A DNA stretch of 64,000 nucleotides from an uncultured Fibrobacterota bacterium. Lineage in GTDB: Bacteria; Fibrobacterota; Chitinivibrionia; Chitinivibrionales; CAYFVL01. The DNA lies in assembly GCA_964586285.1 (NCBI GenBank), contig CAZPHU010000003.1:5049-69048 (forward strand), in the 5' to 3' direction. Position 1 is the stretch's first letter. Every line of letters begins with the position of its first letter. Of this stretch, positions 30,179 to 40,600 are shown piece after piece. The notes under the pieces were generated by a model. The model did no database searches. It saw nothing but the letters and a program-made list of their open reading frames with translations, and was not told the origin of the DNA. Made by a program: the position numbers and the translations under genes.

Positions 30179-31453
30179 ATGACGGAAAAATGGAAGATTG
30201 AGACGCGCGCCGTTCAGGGTGTATATAAGCCTCAAAGCGGTCAACCCAGGGTCCTGCCGATTGCCCAGAGTACGACATTTATGTACGATACGGTGGATCA
30301 GGCGGCTCAGCTTTTCGACCTTGAAGCCGAAGGCCACATGTACACGCGTATAAGTAATCCTACTATAGAGATGTTTGAAAAGAAGTTAGCCGGGCTTGAA
30401 GGCGGTGTTGGTGCCCTTGCCTGCTCATCGGGACAGGCCGCATCGACATTATCAATCCTTAACATCTGCAAAAGCGGTGAACATGTGGTATCATCCAGCA
30501 CGATTTATGGAGGTACCTACAATCTTTTCTTCCACACTTTTAAAAAGCTTGGAATAGAAGTTACTTTCATAAAGGCAGATGCTTCCGTCGATGAAATCAG
30601 GAAGGCATTCCGTCCCAACACAAAGGCTCTTTTTGCCGAAAGTCTGGAAAACCCCGGCATGAATGTTCTGGATTTCGATAAATTCGCCGCCGTTGCCCGC
30701 GAGATGGACGTTCCGCTTATCGTCGACAACACATTCCCTACCCCTTACTATTGCAATCCTTTGGAGTTGGGAGCAAATATCATAGTTCATTCCAGCACGA
30801 AATACCTGGATGGGCACGCTTGCTGTGTGGGTGGAGTTATCGTTGACGGAGGCAATTACAACTGGCGCAATGGGAAATATCCCGAGCTGGTGGAGCCGGA
30901 TCCAAGCTATCATGGAGTAAGTTATGTGGAGCGATTCGGTGATGCCGCCTATATCACTAAGGCCCGCACTCAATACATGAGGGATCTTGGTACGACGATG
31001 AGTCCGATGAACGCATTTCTTACCAATATGGGAATAGAGACGCTTCACGTGCGCATGGACCGCCACAGCGCAAATGCCCAGGCGCTTGCCGAGCATCTCC
31101 AGAACCATCCCAAGGTAAGCTGGGTAAACTATCCCGGCCTGAGATCATCGAAAAGCCATGAGCTTGCCAAAAAGTATCTGCGCGGATGCAGCGGCGTTCT
31201 CACCTTCGGCGTCAAGGGTGGTGTAGAGGAGGGGATTCGATTCATGAACAGCCTCACACTTGCGGCGATAGTAGTGCATGTGGCCGATGTGCGCACCTGC
31301 GTGCTTCACCCCGCCGGCATGACTCACCGGCAGCTGACCGCAAAGCAGCAGATAGAGGCCGGTGTAACGCCCGACCTTATCAGGGTTTCGGTGGGAATAG
31401 AGCATATCAGTGATATAATCGCGGATTTTGACCGGGCGCTGGAGAGGGTTTAA
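30179..31453 (+). CDS. metY: O-acetylhomoserine sulfhydrylase (Cys/Met-metabolism PLP enzyme)
   Basis: YTRISNPT, SGQAA and HSSTKYLDGH (PLP Lys), with a C-terminal LIRVSVGIE. The ATG at 30179 matches the usual N-terminus MTEKWKIETRAVQG. Confidence 0.88.
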   Translation: MTEKWKIETRAVQGVYKPQSGQPRVLPIAQSTTFMYDTVDQAAQLFDLEAEGHMYTRISNPTIEMFEKKLAGLEGGVGALACSSGQAASTLSILNICKSGEHVVSSSTIYGGTYNLFFHTFKKLGIEVTFIKADASVDEIRKAFRPNTKALFAESLENPGMNVLDFDKFAAVAREMDVPLIVDNTFPTPYYCNPLELGANIIVHSSTKYLDGHACCVGGVIVDGGNYNWRNGKYPELVEPDPSYHGVSYVERFGDAAYITKARTQYMRDLGTTMSPMNAFLTNMGIETLHVRMDRHSANAQALAEHLQNHPKVSWVNYPGLRSSKSHELAKKYLRGCSGVLTFGVKGGVEEGIRFMNSLTLAAIVVHVADVRTCVLHPAGMTHRQLTAKQQIEAGVTPDLIRVSVGIEHISDIIADFDRALERV

Positions 31454-31465
31454 AGCCGGGACCTG

Positions 31466-31568
31466 GGATGCATTTATTGCATAAGCTTTGCACATATTGG
31501 GGACAGCAATCTTTTATCCCGCTATATGTGACTTTTAGCGCAATAAACGCATCCTCGTCCCCAAATAT
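31466..31568. other. Extended imperfect hairpin or nested inverted repeats in a convergent intergenic region
   Basis: 31466-31480 pairs with 31540-31554 (15 bp, one A-C mismatch). Nested inside, CACATAT at 31491 pairs with ATATGTG at 31524. ATATTGGGGAC at 31494 can alternatively pair with GTCCCCAAATAT at 31557. Confidence 0.4.
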
Positions 31569-31694
31569 TTGTTTGCAAATGTTTCAAAATTGAAAGATTC
31601 ATTCAGACAGTAATGCCCTCTTTAAGCTGGAAAATTTTGACGGTCACCAGAATATGGCGCAGGGGCTGCACCAAACACCCCATTACCCAACCCG

Positions 31695-32789
31695 CTATTC
31701 TCCGTCATCCTCGAACAGCAGATCGACATACTTTTTTCCCTTTTGCGAGAGAAACGGCATCAGCTCCTCAACGGTAACCGGGTATTCATCTTCGCAGGCT
31801 TTACAACAGTGGCCGAAAGTGGTGTAGAAAACCAACCCTGTGGAATCCGGCCGAATAGAATAACTTCTGTTATCATAAACTATGGATGAGCATTCATCAA
31901 GGATTTCACTCTTGCTTAGAATCAATTTGTTTACCTCTTCACCGACTCCCCGTTCAGACAAATACTTTGTATCTATCCAGTCTTCCCAATCCCCTATGTT
32001 AACCTCTTCACCGGAAGAAAGATCGAACACTCTATACGAAACACCCGTAAAAGGGTGTGCACCGCCACAAAATCCGTTGTTGCTTTCGACGGTTACAAGA
32101 ATTCGATCTGTCCATAGATGGGGTTCAGAAGTTCGGTTTTCCTCACACTCCCCACTTCCCAACGATGAAAGAGTGCCTCTTCGACATGAATAGAAGTCTT
32201 TAGCTCTCCCTTTACCTCCGGGGTAATCGGCATTCAGCATTTGATTGATCTTTTGCTCCGGTTCACCTCCCCCGGCAAGCTCAAACCATTTCATCGAAAT
32301 ACCTCCGTCCTCCATGCGCAACCAACGATAGTATCGGCCTTTTAAATCTCTTAAGGTGTCGATGCTGATCGGCGGCAGCTTTTCTATTGGATCATTATAA
32401 AGGTCACATCCGCAGGGAGAGCCCAAATACTCTTCATTACTCCCACAGCTGCCCATGAAACGCAAGGTTATCGGCAGGGAAACGTTTTTCTTTCGGTTGA
32501 ACCATTTGCCCGTCGCGCTGCTTTTAGTGACCGTTTCGATCACCCAGTCACAGGAATCAGGCTCAGACCACTTACCCCCTCCAATAACCTCAAGAGGTAT
32601 AGGTTGACGGTATTTTAGATAGTAGTAACTCCCAGACGTGTAGTACTCACCATCCCGTCCCTGAAAGCAGGCGATTATTTTGTATTTACCTATGGTTCCC
32701 TTCCATGTTCCAAAAAGAGGCGTTTTGTTTTGAGCCGAAGAGCTGAAAATACACAAAGCAATAGCAACAATAGTTTTACGGTTGAGCAT
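31695..32789 (-). CDS. Secreted hypothetical protein (GGAHP motif reminiscent of DUF3298-type domains)
   Basis: Signal peptide and several Cys. The FCGGAHPFTG motif resembles the GGAHG motif of DUF3298. The family assignment is weak. Confidence 0.6.
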   Translation of the reverse strand: MLNRKTIVAIALCIFSSSAQNKTPLFGTWKGTIGKYKIIACFQGRDGEYYTSGSYYYLKYRQPIPLEVIGGGKWSEPDSCDWVIETVTKSSATGKWFNRKKNVSLPITLRFMGSCGSNEEYLGSPCGCDLYNDPIEKLPPISIDTLRDLKGRYYRWLRMEDGGISMKWFELAGGGEPEQKINQMLNADYPGGKGRAKDFYSCRRGTLSSLGSGECEENRTSEPHLWTDRILVTVESNNGFCGGAHPFTGVSYRVFDLSSGEEVNIGDWEDWIDTKYLSERGVGEEVNKLILSKSEILDECSSIVYDNRSYSIRPDSTGLVFYTTFGHCCKACEDEYPVTVEELMPFLSQKGKKYVDLLFEDDGE

Positions 32790-32980
32790 TCTGTTCCCTT
32801 ATGAGAAGCCTCGTAAACGAAGGCGATTATTGTCGGCAATACAGGACTAATAATTCCGGACTTAACCCCCCAATACGCCGCCTTTTATCGGTCGGATCAA
32901 GTAGTACCGCATCAACCGAAGGAAAGGATGAAGGAATATCGCCTGGATTAGAATCGAATATTTCAACACCAATTGTATTC

Positions 32981-33018
32981 GAAAAAGACCGCTGCCTTGG
33001 GCAACTTGAAGGCAGCGG
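32981..33018 (-). terminator. Rho-independent terminator after the GH9 gene
   Basis: 10-bp stem CCGCTGCCTT / AAGGCAGCGG. On the minus strand it is followed by TCTTTTT. Confidence 0.7.
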
Positions 33019-33046
33019 CTTAGAATAACTGCTTTGGCTCTGTTTT

Positions 33047-35407
33047 TTACTTAAGGATTATCCTGTCCGTTACAGTTTTTTCGTTGAGATAAAGTTTTGA
33101 AATCAAAACACCTCCGGCCAAATGATTTCCGAAAGACTTTAGCCGAAGACTAAAGTTATGATTTCCCTCCCGCAATTTCCCCAAGTCAAAACACATTACT
33201 CTTTTTCCGTTCACCGCAAAAAGGCCCCCGTGTATATGGGCGGTTTGTTGAAGTCTGAATTGCAGGTGTAGACTGTTCCCCTTTACCTTGGCCGAATATG
33301 CAGAACAATCCACCGGTCCTGTTTTCCTCTGCCTGATGTCGCTCTGCTGCTCTGCAAAAGGATCGTTTTGTTCATCCCAGCTGCCCCCTTGCGATAAAAC
33401 TGTAAACAACGCGTTATATGGCATTGTCTGAAAAATAGTAAACTCCGCCATGGAGATGGCATCCAGATCGTCACCGAATTGACGTTCCTTAGGCAAGGAA
33501 TTTACCGAAGGATAGGTTTGCGGATCAGCAAGCTGCATCACTCCCGGACCGAAAACGGTAATACCGGGCTTTGGTCCCAATCCCAGAGATTTTGTATACT
33601 CGCTCTCTCTGTCGTGAGGGTTATGAACCTGGTGAAAACCCAGACCGGTCACATAGCTTATGCCCAGCGGATTCAACCCGAGGATATAGTTCATCAGCGC
33701 GCATGCGCCGTCGATATAATTCTGCTCTCCGGTCAGTCCCCAGTAAAGTATCGGCGCAGATGCATACTGAGGCTGTGTTACATTGTGCCCCCAACCTCCC
33801 CGGGCGGGATTGTTTCCTACCGGATAAGCATATTTATCAAGTTCCTCCAGATGCACATCCGCCCTTCTCTTAAGAGCGTCTGTAAAGACGCCAACCAGCT
33901 CCGCATCGGTAGATTTTTCCTTTTCTACTAAATAAGAGTAATAGTATGCCGGGTTATCGCATGCATCGTCGTTTATTAAATAGCCCGGGACTTCAAACAA
34001 ATTATCACCAAAATTATTCACCACATCTTTGAGGCTCCTGATCCGGTCATGCGCTTCATCTTCGCCGAAAAGCAGATATCTTTGAACGAAGTAGTAGAGT
34101 TCCTCGGGATCCGCCATATTGTTCTTTATGTATTCATATGACCTTTCTGCCCTTTCAACCAGCTCTGCCGAGTACGCAGAGTCGAAGGGTTGAATGATTC
34201 GGGCCAAATGCATGAAAAGCCCGGCACCAATTGCAGCCGCTCGATTATCGGTCCTGACAGTGCCGTAAAGCATTGTATCTTCATCCATCGGTGCAACAAA
34301 CGGACTTGCATAGCCTTTGGTCTCTGTACCAAAATGGATACTTCCGTCCTCATTTTGTAAGTACTCCCAGGCTAAAGTCCCCCAAACCGCCTCATCGATT
34401 ATGTCGGGGATTCCATTTTCGTTTCCAATAACATTGAATTCCTCGTCGAATTGATCGGGAATATTGTATTGTCCGTCAAAAAACAGATCGGGAAACGCCT
34501 CATATATCATAAGGTTAATTACCGGATTTGCCATATGATAGGCGCGTCGGTCGGCATCGCCCGCATCATGATAGCCGCCGTAGACCTCAAAAGTCGGCTC
34601 ATTTCCATTTACTTCGATGTTAGCTTCACCTATCGATCCATCAACATCGTAGATATTTACGTGACAGGCGGTATGTCGAAAATCCCACCCATACGGCTCG
34701 ACCAGCGGACAGCCGCAGCGCTGGTAGTATTGGCCGCGAAACATGATATGCGCCAGTCGCCTGGAGAAATCTCCCCCCACACCAAAAGGGTGTGAGCTTC
34801 CGTACCCTTTGACCGCGATCTTGTAGGGACCGCCTGGGGGAACCTGCGACAGATCGATTCGATAGACGTGATCTCCGGATGTCGGGCTCGCGCCGATTTC
34901 GGTCAAGCTCCCCATGGCTACTGTTTCACCGCTATATATATCAAACACCTCATAGTCGGGAAGATCTCCCTCGATACGCTCCCCTCCCCCATCGCCCAGC
35001 CATACGGCAAAAAGCGCATAGTTATTCTCTGAAAGTGCACTGTAGGCGGCCTGGTTTGTCTTGATCGACTCACAGAAGATCGATCGTTCGGCAAACTGGA
35101 TAGTAGTATCACCATAAGGCGTCGCGATCGCATAGTTTTCACCCTCCACAAGCTTTTGGGCCAGATGCAGGTAGACGTGATGATCGCAGGAGTCGGCCTC
35201 CATCGCATACAGGTTGATATCCCCAACCTCCGTGCCGTTAACCGTCCACTGCGACTGATCCCGACTAACCTCCTGAGGATTTACGCTGGAACCTCTCATG
35301 AATACCACAAGGATATCGTCTGAAGCCGTACGAATTTCGCTTATTTCCAGCGCCTGCGCCCATGTAATAGCCCCGCAGAGAAGTATCATTGCAATGATTC
35401 GTCTCAT
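33047..35407 (-). CDS. Glycoside hydrolase family 9 cellulase with an N-terminal Ig-like domain and a Por/T9SS-like C-terminal tail
   Basis: GH9 motifs GGYHDAGDADRR and HNPHDRES. The signal peptide MRRIIAMILLCGAITWAQA starts at 35407 behind AAAGGAG. The last 75 aa or so resemble a secretion-sorting beta-sandwich. Confidence 0.85.
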   Translation of the reverse strand: MRRIIAMILLCGAITWAQALEISEIRTASDDILVVFMRGSSVNPQEVSRDQSQWTVNGTEVGDINLYAMEADSCDHHVYLHLAQKLVEGENYAIATPYGDTTIQFAERSIFCESIKTNQAAYSALSENNYALFAVWLGDGGGERIEGDLPDYEVFDIYSGETVAMGSLTEIGASPTSGDHVYRIDLSQVPPGGPYKIAVKGYGSSHPFGVGGDFSRRLAHIMFRGQYYQRCGCPLVEPYGWDFRHTACHVNIYDVDGSIGEANIEVNGNEPTFEVYGGYHDAGDADRRAYHMANPVINLMIYEAFPDLFFDGQYNIPDQFDEEFNVIGNENGIPDIIDEAVWGTLAWEYLQNEDGSIHFGTETKGYASPFVAPMDEDTMLYGTVRTDNRAAAIGAGLFMHLARIIQPFDSAYSAELVERAERSYEYIKNNMADPEELYYFVQRYLLFGEDEAHDRIRSLKDVVNNFGDNLFEVPGYLINDDACDNPAYYYSYLVEKEKSTDAELVGVFTDALKRRADVHLEELDKYAYPVGNNPARGGWGHNVTQPQYASAPILYWGLTGEQNYIDGACALMNYILGLNPLGISYVTGLGFHQVHNPHDRESEYTKSLGLGPKPGITVFGPGVMQLADPQTYPSVNSLPKERQFGDDLDAISMAEFTIFQTMPYNALFTVLSQGGSWDEQNDPFAEQQSDIRQRKTGPVDCSAYSAKVKGNSLHLQFRLQQTAHIHGGLFAVNGKRVMCFDLGKLREGNHNFSLRLKSFGNHLAGGVLISKLYLNEKTVTDRIILK

Positions 35408-35650
35408 CTCTACTCCTTTTTCAGATATTTTGCGCCCATATTTCACAGTTATGACAAATATAAGGAAAACCACAACGTTTAGCCTCATCGATCATTAATC
35501 TGACTTAGGAATTGATCCAAGAGTATTATAGAGCGGATTAGGGACCGGCTTTGGTCCCTTAAGTATTGCTAGAGAGATCAAAGCCGGTCCGCCGCCGGAT
35601 GATGTATATTTCCCTTGAATGATTTTTCAACCACGCGAAAGGTCCGTTTG

Positions 35651-36061
35651 ATGTTTAAACGTATTGCTCATGTTTGTCTCAATGTACAAAATCTCGCCCG
35701 CTCAACCGACTACTATTCAGCTCTCGGTTTTTCTCCCCTCTTCAAGTTCACCAGAGACGGTGCCCTGTTTGGAGCGTATCTGAAGATTTCTGAGGGCAAT
35801 TATATCGAGATGTTTGAGGACAAAAACCTCCATAATCCTCAGAACACGGGTATCGTTCACTTCTGTCTGGAAACAGAAAATATCGACAAGGTGATCGAGA
35901 ATCTCAAGAAAAAGGGAATCGATTTCACCGAGAAGAAAATAGGCTGCGATCACACCTACCAGATCTGGCTGAGCGATCCCGACGGCAACAAGTTCGAGGT
36001 TCATCAGTACACAGAAAAGAGCAGCCAAATAACCGGGGAAAGCGTGGAGGCCGACTGGTAA
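35651..36061 (+). CDS. VOC/glyoxalase-family protein
   Basis: IAHVCLNVQNLARSTDYY...HFCLETENID...DPDGNKFEV is typical of the VOC fold. First ATG at 35651. Confidence 0.75.
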   Translation: MFKRIAHVCLNVQNLARSTDYYSALGFSPLFKFTRDGALFGAYLKISEGNYIEMFEDKNLHNPQNTGIVHFCLETENIDKVIENLKKKGIDFTEKKIGCDHTYQIWLSDPDGNKFEVHQYTEKSSQITGESVEADW

Positions 36062-36127
36062 GAGTAGTACATAAGACCAGGGGGCAGAAAGTTAGGAAAC
36101 TCACCCCTTCCAAGCCTTCCACTCGTC

Positions 36128-36227
36128 TAAGGGAGGACCGCAGAGGGTGGGTTTTACAGTAAAGGCGGAGCGGTTATTAATCCCTCTGGATTAGCACTTA
36201 AGGGATTAAGGCTAGTCCGTCCCCGAG
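36128..36227. repeat. Palindromic repeat element, copy A (degenerate left arm)
   Basis: It shares TAAGGGAGG...CGCAG and the 31-nt block CTTAAGGGATTAAggCTAGTCCGTCCCCGAG (2 mismatches) with copy B. It ends 4 nt from the hydrolase stop codon. Confidence 0.8.
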
Positions 36228-36231
36228 TGTC

Positions 36232-37113
36232 TCAGCGCCCGATCACCCCGTTTCGTTGGGCCCATTTAAGTATATCTTTTGCCATCTTTTTGCCAACCTC
36301 CATGAGGTTATGTCCAACCCCCTTGTAGACGATCTGCTCGATATTTACACCGGCTGTCTGAAGCTGCGCTATTACTTCTTTCTGCTTACGGATATTTACA
36401 TTATCCTTCTCTCCGTTCAGATACAAAACGGGCGCTTTTATCTTTTTGAGATCCACGGCGGGGTCATACCTGAGATACGATGACCAGAACTTGTACGGAT
36501 GTCCCAAAAAACCCTTGTTTACACTTGTTGAATCTGCATATATGGAATCCACTATCGCCCCGAACGTTTCAACGCTTTCGATCCTCTCGAATATGCCGAT
36601 GTCATTCTTTACGCTGTACTCGATATCTTGCACGAACGGAAAAACGCTTCCCGCCATGCAAACCATCCCTTTCACACTTTGGCTGTATTTAAGCGCAATA
36701 CCGGGAGCGAGCATCGTACCTTCGGAATCGGCAAGTATGAGAATGTCCTTGGTTCCCTTCTCCAGCAGATCATCGATGATTATTGTAAGATCATGCATAC
36801 GCTGTGCGCGATTGTCGTGTATGTAGTACTTTTGAGGATCGTCGATATACGATTTCTCGGGATATACGATAGAGTAACCAAACATCGATGCTTCCGCCCC
36901 CATCCCGAAATCACGCGACGCCGGAAATCGCCCCGTCCCCCGGATAAACAAAACTACCTTTTCGTAATTTAGCGTATCGGGATATCCCAGATAATACATA
37001 ACCTCATTTAGCGGCCCCTTCACGAAATTCCTCTGCATTTTGAGGCTTAAATTATGCCTGCAACCCGAAAAAATTAGCCATGCTGAAAGGATATAGAATC
37101 CGGCGATTCTCAT
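36232..37113 (-). CDS. Alpha/beta-hydrolase lipoprotein
   Basis: The ATG at 37113 is preceded by AAGGAG. Lipobox LIFSGC, nucleophile elbow-like ILADSEGT, and late GVGHNL. Confidence 0.75.
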   Translation of the reverse strand: MRIAGFYILSAWLIFSGCRHNLSLKMQRNFVKGPLNEVMYYLGYPDTLNYEKVVLFIRGTGRFPASRDFGMGAEASMFGYSIVYPEKSYIDDPQKYYIHDNRAQRMHDLTIIIDDLLEKGTKDILILADSEGTMLAPGIALKYSQSVKGMVCMAGSVFPFVQDIEYSVKNDIGIFERIESVETFGAIVDSIYADSTSVNKGFLGHPYKFWSSYLRYDPAVDLKKIKAPVLYLNGEKDNVNIRKQKEVIAQLQTAGVNIEQIVYKGVGHNLMEVGKKMAKDILKWAQRNGVIGR

Positions 37114-37249
37114 TCTTGTCACTCCTTGTCTGCCAAAACTCCCCATGCCTCACGGGCGGACTATGCCGCCCAGACGGTCGCGAATACATCCCGACAGAGC
37201 GGAACAATATTCTTTAAATATAGTATCAACCCTTAATCGAACCCTTCTG

Positions 37250-37333
37250 TAAGGGAGGTTCGCAGGAGGGGACGGACTAGTTTTAATCCCTTAACGATTA
37301 AGCTTAAGGGATTAAAACTAGTCCGTCCCCGAG
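37250..37333. repeat. Palindromic repeat element, copy B (perfect 27-bp stem)
   Basis: 37268-37294 (GGGGACGGACTAGTTTTAATCCCTTAA) is the exact reverse complement of 37304-37330. The loop is CGATTAAGC and the element is preceded by TAAGGGAGG. Confidence 0.9.
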
Positions 37334-37618
37334 GCATGCAGGCGGGAAACGAGGATCCTCTTTGGTCTACAGTCACTTATCGGATCCGATAGTTATCTGC
37401 TTTAGCGGGACAAGAAGGAGACCCCCAGTTAAATGATCTCAGGTGTCCATCGTCCTTCCTCCTCCCAAAAGATTTACCCCTCTTAACCGAAATAATCATA
37501 AGTATGGTACCGTGGGTATTTATGAATGATACCGCACATACCACCGCATGCCATTCATAAGTTCCCGCTCACCTTTAATGATGTTTTGCAGTCCGGCAAA
37601 ATGCTATTTTTTTGGCCT

Positions 37619-40600
37619 ATGTCTGATATGAACACCACCAGCCACATTGCGGTAAATCGCCCGTTTTCCTACGATATAAACCTGCCGATTCATGAGAAAC
37701 GACGGGAGATCGTATCATCTATTCGTGAGAACCCGGTCACCATAGTGGCCGGGGAGACCGGTTCGGGTAAGACCACTCAACTTCCCCTGATGTGCCTTGA
37801 GGCCGGGAGGGGAAGGGAGGGCAGAATCGCCTGCACCCAGCCCAGACGTATAGCGGCGGTCTCACTGGCTCACCATGTGGCGGAAGCTTTTGGGACGGAG
37901 GTGGGAACGGATGTAGGATACAGGGTTCGTTTCACCGACAGTGTCGCCGCATCTACGAGGATAAAATTTGTCACCGACGGGATGCTTTTAGCCGAGCTTG
38001 GCGGCGACAAGCACCTTAACGAGTATGATACGGTTATCATCGATGAGGCACACGAACGGTCGGTGAATATTGATTTTCTTCTGGGCTGTTTCCGAGCGCT
38101 TCTTTCGAAGAGGTCCAATCTGCGGCTGATAATTTCATCGGCCACTATTGACACCAAACTCTTCTCCCGCGCCTTTAATCACGCACCGGTTTTCCATGCC
38201 TCGGGAAGGATGTTTCCGATTGAAATCCGCTATCAGCCCATAATCGAGCTTTGGCAGGGTAATCGGCTGGACGGCTACCTGGAAGGAGCGCTTCTGGCCA
38301 TTCGGGACATTATGGAAAAAGACGACTCGGGGGATATGCTTGTTTTCCTTCCAACGACCGATGATATCAACGAGCTGGCGGCAAGAGTGCGACCGCTTGC
38401 GGCCGAGAAGGGCCGTGATGTTTTTCCTTTACATAGTCGTCTTCCGATTTCCGAGCAAAACCGGATCTTTGAAATAAGCGACAGACAAAAGATCGTAATC
38501 TCCACAAACATTGCAGAAACATCACTGACCGTTCCCAATGTGAAGTATGTAATCGATACGGGACTGGCCCGCGTCAGCCGATACGATCCTTCGGGGGGGA
38601 TTACCCGTATGCCGATTCAGGCCATATCTCGTGCATCCGCGGAGCAGCGGGCCGGCCGTTGCGGTCGTGTGCGAAACGGCGTGTGCATTCGGCTGTATTC
38701 GGAACAAGACTATAATAACCGCCCCAGTTTCTCCATACCCGAAATCAGACGCAGTAACCTCTCGGGTGTACTGCTTCAGATGGCATATCTGGGACTGGGA
38801 AAAGCTTCAAGTTTTCCCTTCCTGCAGCGTCCCAATTTAAAGGCCGTCAATGAAGGCATCCGCGCGTTGCGTCAACTTGGCGCATTCACCTCTAAAGCAC
38901 AGCTGACGAATCTCGGAAGGAAAATGGCACGCATGCCGCTTGATCCTCCGGTTGCCCGAATGCTTTTGTACGCAAAAAAGTTTGGAGTGGTCGAGCAGGT
39001 AATAACAATCGCATCGGCGCTTTCCATCGATGACCCGCGTATAAGAAGCGATACGGCCGCAGGTTCAAACAGCTCATGCAGCCATCCCGACTCCGATTTC
39101 ATGAGCTTCCTTAAGCTTTGGGAAGCATATCGTAAAAATTGCCGAACTCATAATCCGACGGCGCTTAAATCTTTCTGCACACGATTTAATCTTTCGCCCC
39201 AGAGAATGCGCGAATGGCAATATACACATAAGCAGATCTCACGCATTTGTAAAACCCTGCTGTCTTGCGGCAAACAAAACCCTCAAGAGCGCAATCAAAA
39301 AGCCTTGTACGAGGCGATCCATAAGAGTCTTCTTTCCGGTCTTATCGGAAACTGTGCACTGCGACAGGAAAACGGACTTTACAGAGGGCTGCAGGAACAC
39401 GATATAATGATTCACCCCTCCTCTACTCTTTTCAGGAAGAAGCCTCGCTGGATACTGTTTCATCAGATGTTGGAAACCAAACGTATTTACGGCCGCACAG
39501 CAGCGGTAATAAAGCCGCAATGGATAGAGGCGGTGTTTGCCCGGCGCTGCGTTCATCATTATCAGGACCCCTGGTTTGATGAAGAGAGTGGAACTGTACG
39601 CGCCCATGAAGAAGTTACTTTCGGGAGCTTCATTCTGGTGCACAACCGATCCATTGATTTAAAAGAAAAAGATATGCTCATGGCTCGTGAGATATTTATC
39701 CGGGAAGCATTGGTAAATGAAAAACTCGGCGATCGTTTTCGCTTTATTACACATAACCGAACCGTCATAGATGAGGTATTGAAAGCACAACGGAAGCTGC
39801 GTATCGATTCGCTTTACGCGGGAGACTTGGCCTTGGAACAGTTTTACTCCGACCGGCTGCCCCGGGAAGTTTACAGCAGAAAAGATTTGCTCCGATGTAT
39901 ACGTCAAAGGCATGATGATTCATTCTTATTCTTGAGTCAAGCGGATATAGTGACGCATCCTATCCCCCCGGAGCTCAGTTTGTATCCCGACAGGATAAAG
40001 ATTGCGTCCGTCCACCTTCCAGTGGAATACCTCTATGACAAGGGAAGCATTGAGGACGGTGCGCAGATACGAGTTCCGTGGTCTTTGTATAAATCGGTTC
40101 CGTCCTGGTACTGGGAGTGGCTTCTTCCCGTTTACAAGAAGAAAAGAATCTCACACTTTATGTCCATAATCGCCGATGATCTTACCCGCAAGGGCATCGA
40201 TATACCAATTGCACAAAAGCAGCTGGAGGATGCTTTGTATTCGGCTGACGGACCGTTTACAGATTCTCTTCGCAGAGCTGCGGGGCAGATACTGGGTATT
40301 GATTTGCATACAAAGGATTTACCGGCGGTACTGTTCCCTCCGGATATGTGGCCCCGCATAACGGTGATTGACAATACCAATAACGTGCTCGATTCATACC
40401 GCCCTCCATTTCAGAGGCCTCAGCTCCCCACGCATGAGTGTGCCAAACGGGATATTCTCTGGGAGCCTCACTGCCGCCAGTGGGAACGAGCCGATATAGA
40501 CACGTGGGATTTTGATTCGATTGTCGATAAGGTTGCGGTCTCATCCCCCAGTCAGAATCAGGCGATTTCGGGTATACCCTCCCTGTGTATAGAGGCAGGT

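Noticed and set aside
37268-37330. Interpreting the palindromic repeats as integron attC sites.
   Set aside because: There are no GTTRRRY / RYYYAAC core sites at the arm ends and no extrahelical-base asymmetry (the stem is perfect). No intI gene lies in the window.
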